From NCBI GenBank assembly GCA_964244895.1, contig CAXTKV010000039.1, positions 1 to 18,342 of the forward strand: a DNA stretch of 18,342 nucleotides, in the 5' to 3' direction. This document shows, one piece after another, positions 16,114-18,342 of the stretch (positions are counted from its first letter, which is position 1; every line of letters starts with the position of its first letter). The position numbers and the translations under genes were made by a program. The DNA is from an uncultured Deinococcales bacterium. Lineage in GTDB: Bacteria > Deinococcota > Deinococci > Deinococcales > JAAFIG01. A model generated the notes under the pieces. The model ran no database searches and was not told where the DNA came from. It saw only the letters and a list, made by a program, of their open reading frames with translations.

Positions 16114-16350
16114 TTATTTCGAGGCCGGAAAAGGCATCGGTTCCCAGGCGTGAATTTCATTGGTGGACAAGTTGCGGGTGCGCAGCTGATTCACCGGCTC
16201 GAGCCGACCGTGAACGTTGCGCAGGGCGGATATCACGACGTGTTCGTGCCCTCGAATCTTGACGTGAACCTCCGTGCGGGTTTCACCGTCGGCCTCGACC
16301 TCGAGCGTCCAGACGTTTTGCGGCATGAACCACATCTCTTCAATGATCAT
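16114..16350 (-). CDS. Hypothetical 78-aa protein
   Basis: GAGG RBS; ATG 16350 overlaps the TerC TGA (ATGA 16347-16350). MIIEEMWFMPQNVWTLEVEADGETRTEVHVKIRGHEHVVISALRNVHGRLEPVNQLRTRNLSTNEIHAWEPMPFPASK. Confidence 0.7.
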   Translation of the reverse strand: MIIEEMWFMPQNVWTLEVEADGETRTEVHVKIRGHEHVVISALRNVHGRLEPVNQLRTRNLSTNEIHAWEPMPFPASK

Positions 16351-17039
16351 TGGTTGACCTCTGTGGGTTGAGCCTTGGCCTGCGCGCGCAATCCGAGCGC
16401 GACCACAACGATCACGGCGACCGATCCCATGGCGTACAGCGTCCAGTCCCGCTCGAGAATCGGCAACCAGGATTGCACCAGCTTGTCCTTGTGAATCAAA
16501 TCCGCCCCGACCCAGGCGATCATGGCCGCGCCCAAGAGCGTCAACCACGGCAAGCGCGCGAACAAGCTCGAGACGAGGTTGGAACCGACCATCAGCAACG
16601 GAATCGAGAGCGCCAGCCCGACCAGCAGCAGCGCGATGTCGCCGCGAGCCGCACCGGCCACCGCCAGGGCGTTGTCCAGGCTCATGACGGCGTCCGCCAC
16701 GATGATCGTGCGCACGGCCTGCGCAAAGTTTTCCGCCTTGCCACCGACCGCACCCGGATCGTCCGAGTGATCCGCCAGCAACGAATACCCGATCCAGAAC
16801 AGGGTCACGCCGCCCAGCGCGGACAGCAGCGGTACGCGCAGCAACAACGTGGCGAAAATCGTGAACAGCACCCGCAAGCCGACCGCGCCGAGCGTGCCGA
16901 GCAGCACGGCGCGCCGCCGCAGGTGATCCGGCAAACGCGAGACCGCCAACCCGATCACGACGGCGTTATCGCCGGACAGCACCAGGTCGGCGATGATGAT
17001 CTGCAACAATCCCGTCGCTGCGGATGCCACTTCAGCCAT
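16347..17039 (-). CDS. TerC family (YjbE-type) integral membrane protein
   Basis: 230 aa. IIIADLVLSGDNAVVIGLA, GTLGAVGLRV, AVRTIIVADAVMSLDNALAVAGAA, and GLALSIPL. Confidence 0.95.
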   Translation of the reverse strand: MAEVASAATGLLQIIIADLVLSGDNAVVIGLAVSRLPDHLRRRAVLLGTLGAVGLRVLFTIFATLLLRVPLLSALGGVTLFWIGYSLLADHSDDPGAVGGKAENFAQAVRTIIVADAVMSLDNALAVAGAARGDIALLLVGLALSIPLLMVGSNLVSSLFARLPWLTLLGAAMIAWVGADLIHKDKLVQSWLPILERDWTLYAMGSVAVIVVVALGLRAQAKAQPTEVNQ

Positions 17040-17053
17040 TTCTCAAACCCATC

Positions 17054-17114
17054 AGAACACCGTCCCAGACGCAAATTATTGATGATAAACGAGCACCGCG
17101 CCAGACGGTCTTCT
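17054..17114. repeat. Paired-palindrome intergenic element, copy 8 (36-bp spacing)
   Basis: AGAACACCGT-CCCAG-ACGcaaat ... GAGCACCGc-GCCAG-ACGGTCTTCT; centres 17066 and 17102. Confidence 0.85.
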
Positions 17115-17125
17115 CGAGAAGACCC

Positions 17126-18241
17126 CTACTCGCGACCCTCGAAGGTGTTGCCGAGCTTCTTGCCCGGCCCGTCCGGCTTCGCGCCCCTGGAGAGGTTGAC
17201 AAAACGACCATCTTCGAGGGCGACCTTGGACACGATCCGCATGTCGTGATCGCTGCTGGCATCGGTGATGGCGGTCACGCTGACGTAGGGTTCCAACGGC
17301 GTTCGGATGACCTTGCGCGCCAGGGTTTCCTCGACCTGGAAGATGCCCGCGCTGTTGTTCATCGAGACGCTGATCTCGACCGGTTTTTCGAGCCCTCTGG
17401 AGATCGTGACCTGCTCCACGGCCAGCGCGCTGATGCTGTGAATGTCCACCGAACCTCGAGCGAAGGCCTTGCGGCCTCGACCTTTGGTGATGTCCGTGCC
17501 GTCCGCCACGGCGGTCACGCCACCTTCCAATGTCAACGGCGGCGGGTTCAGGTCGTGGCAATCGATCGAATGCAGGATGAAGCCGCGCAATTTCGTGCGC
17601 TGCGTCGCGTCGGCGTAGATCGGCTTCAGCACCCGATCCAGAATCGGCAAGGCCAGCGTCACGCCGTGCGCTTCGTGCCCGACGCGGTGCACCTGATTGC
17701 CGATATCGTGAAGCATCGTGCCCAGCAGCACGACCGCGTAGGTGTCGTCCAGATCACCAGCGCCCGATTCGATCACGTCCGGTTTGACACCCGCCGCGAC
17801 CAGCAATTCCAGGATCGCCAGCGAAGCCGCGCCCGTCACCCAGGCGTGAACCCGCCCGTGGTCGTTGTAGCCGAGCTTGCGCACCGTGATGTAATTGGCC
17901 ATGTCCCAGTTCGCCAGCGCTTCCTCGTCGTGCGAGAGCGCGTTGTAGGCCGCCAGCGTCTTGGGGTACATCGCCAGGTCAGCCCGGATCGCCAGGTCCG
18001 CCTCCTGCAAGAGCTTGACCCTGGGCGTGGCGAACTCGATCGGCCTGTCCGGATCCGATTTCTCTCGGGCGGCGACGACCGCGCTGGTGGACAGGAACGC
18101 CGGTTGGGTCGCGCCCATCTCGAGCTTGAGGGTTTCCTCGCCCGGTTCGCGGTGCCGCACGCGCGGATCGTCCGCCAGCGCCTCCGAACGCGGTTCGGGT
18201 TTGTGAACAGCAGTCATTTTGGGTGTGCCGTTATCAGCCAT
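17126..18241 (-). CDS. HD-superfamily metal-dependent phosphohydrolase (COG3294-like)
   Basis: Motifs LGYNDHGRVH, MLHDIGNQVHRVGH, HSIDCHD, VADGTDITKGRGR, DIHSISALAV, and NSAGIFQVEE. Start uncertain: ATG 18241 preferred, with TACAAT on the minus strand at 18275-18280; the frame is open to 18292. Confidence 0.9.
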   Translation of the reverse strand: MADNGTPKMTAVHKPEPRSEALADDPRVRHREPGEETLKLEMGATQPAFLSTSAVVAAREKSDPDRPIEFATPRVKLLQEADLAIRADLAMYPKTLAAYNALSHDEEALANWDMANYITVRKLGYNDHGRVHAWVTGAASLAILELLVAAGVKPDVIESGAGDLDDTYAVVLLGTMLHDIGNQVHRVGHEAHGVTLALPILDRVLKPIYADATQRTKLRGFILHSIDCHDLNPPPLTLEGGVTAVADGTDITKGRGRKAFARGSVDIHSISALAVEQVTISRGLEKPVEISVSMNNSAGIFQVEETLARKVIRTPLEPYVSVTAITDASSDHDMRIVSKVALEDGRFVNLSRGAKPDGPGKKLGNTFEGRE

Positions 18242-18342
18242 GTTTATCGCGTCCGTGGACGCGTCTCCGGGATCATTGTACGTGCTGGACAAGAAATGCG
18301 TTTCCCGAGCGACGCGAACGAACCGCGCGAACGCGTCGCTGC

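Noticed and set aside
2396..17114. CRISPR array interpretation of the recurring palindromes
   Set aside because: Copies are dispersed kilobases apart as pairs, are not identical, have no spacer series, and no cas genes are present.
17040..17125. yybP-ykoY (Mn2+) riboswitch upstream of terC
   Set aside because: The 86-nt gap is mostly filled by repeat copy 8, and no riboswitch features are recognisable.

Overview
GC-rich bacterial chromosomal segment, probably from phylum Deinococcota. That placement is an inference from several leaderless genes with a TANNNT -10 box exactly 6 nt before the start codon, and from the gene types present. Genes, left to right: the 5' part of an ATP-grasp-like gene running off the left edge; transketolase; a secreted helix-hairpin-helix (ComEA-like) protein; a TfoX-N protein; a four-gene minus-strand cluster (tandem DUF4388-like protein, DUF4388 protein, output-less HAMP membrane protein with DPF repeats, and a translationally coupled ammonium transporter); divergent chrA and crcB; an RNase Sa/barnase-like nuclease with barstar; two orphan sugar-ABC permeases; an MFS transporter; an AT-richer multi-TM ORFan; a 78-aa ORF; a TerC/YjbE protein; and an HD phosphohydrolase. 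No rRNA, tRNA, CRISPR array or transposase was seen. The strongest unexplained signals are: (1) eight intergenic elements, each a pair of (AACAC)CGT-N5-ACG(GTGTT) palindromes spaced either 25 or 35-36 bp centre to centre, a difference of one helical turn; (2) roughly tenfold over-representation of CTCGAG; (3) the DUF4388/HAMP-only/Amt module; (4) two unannotated leaderless small ORFs upstream of divergent transporter genes. All family assignments come from motif recognition by eye; no searches were run.
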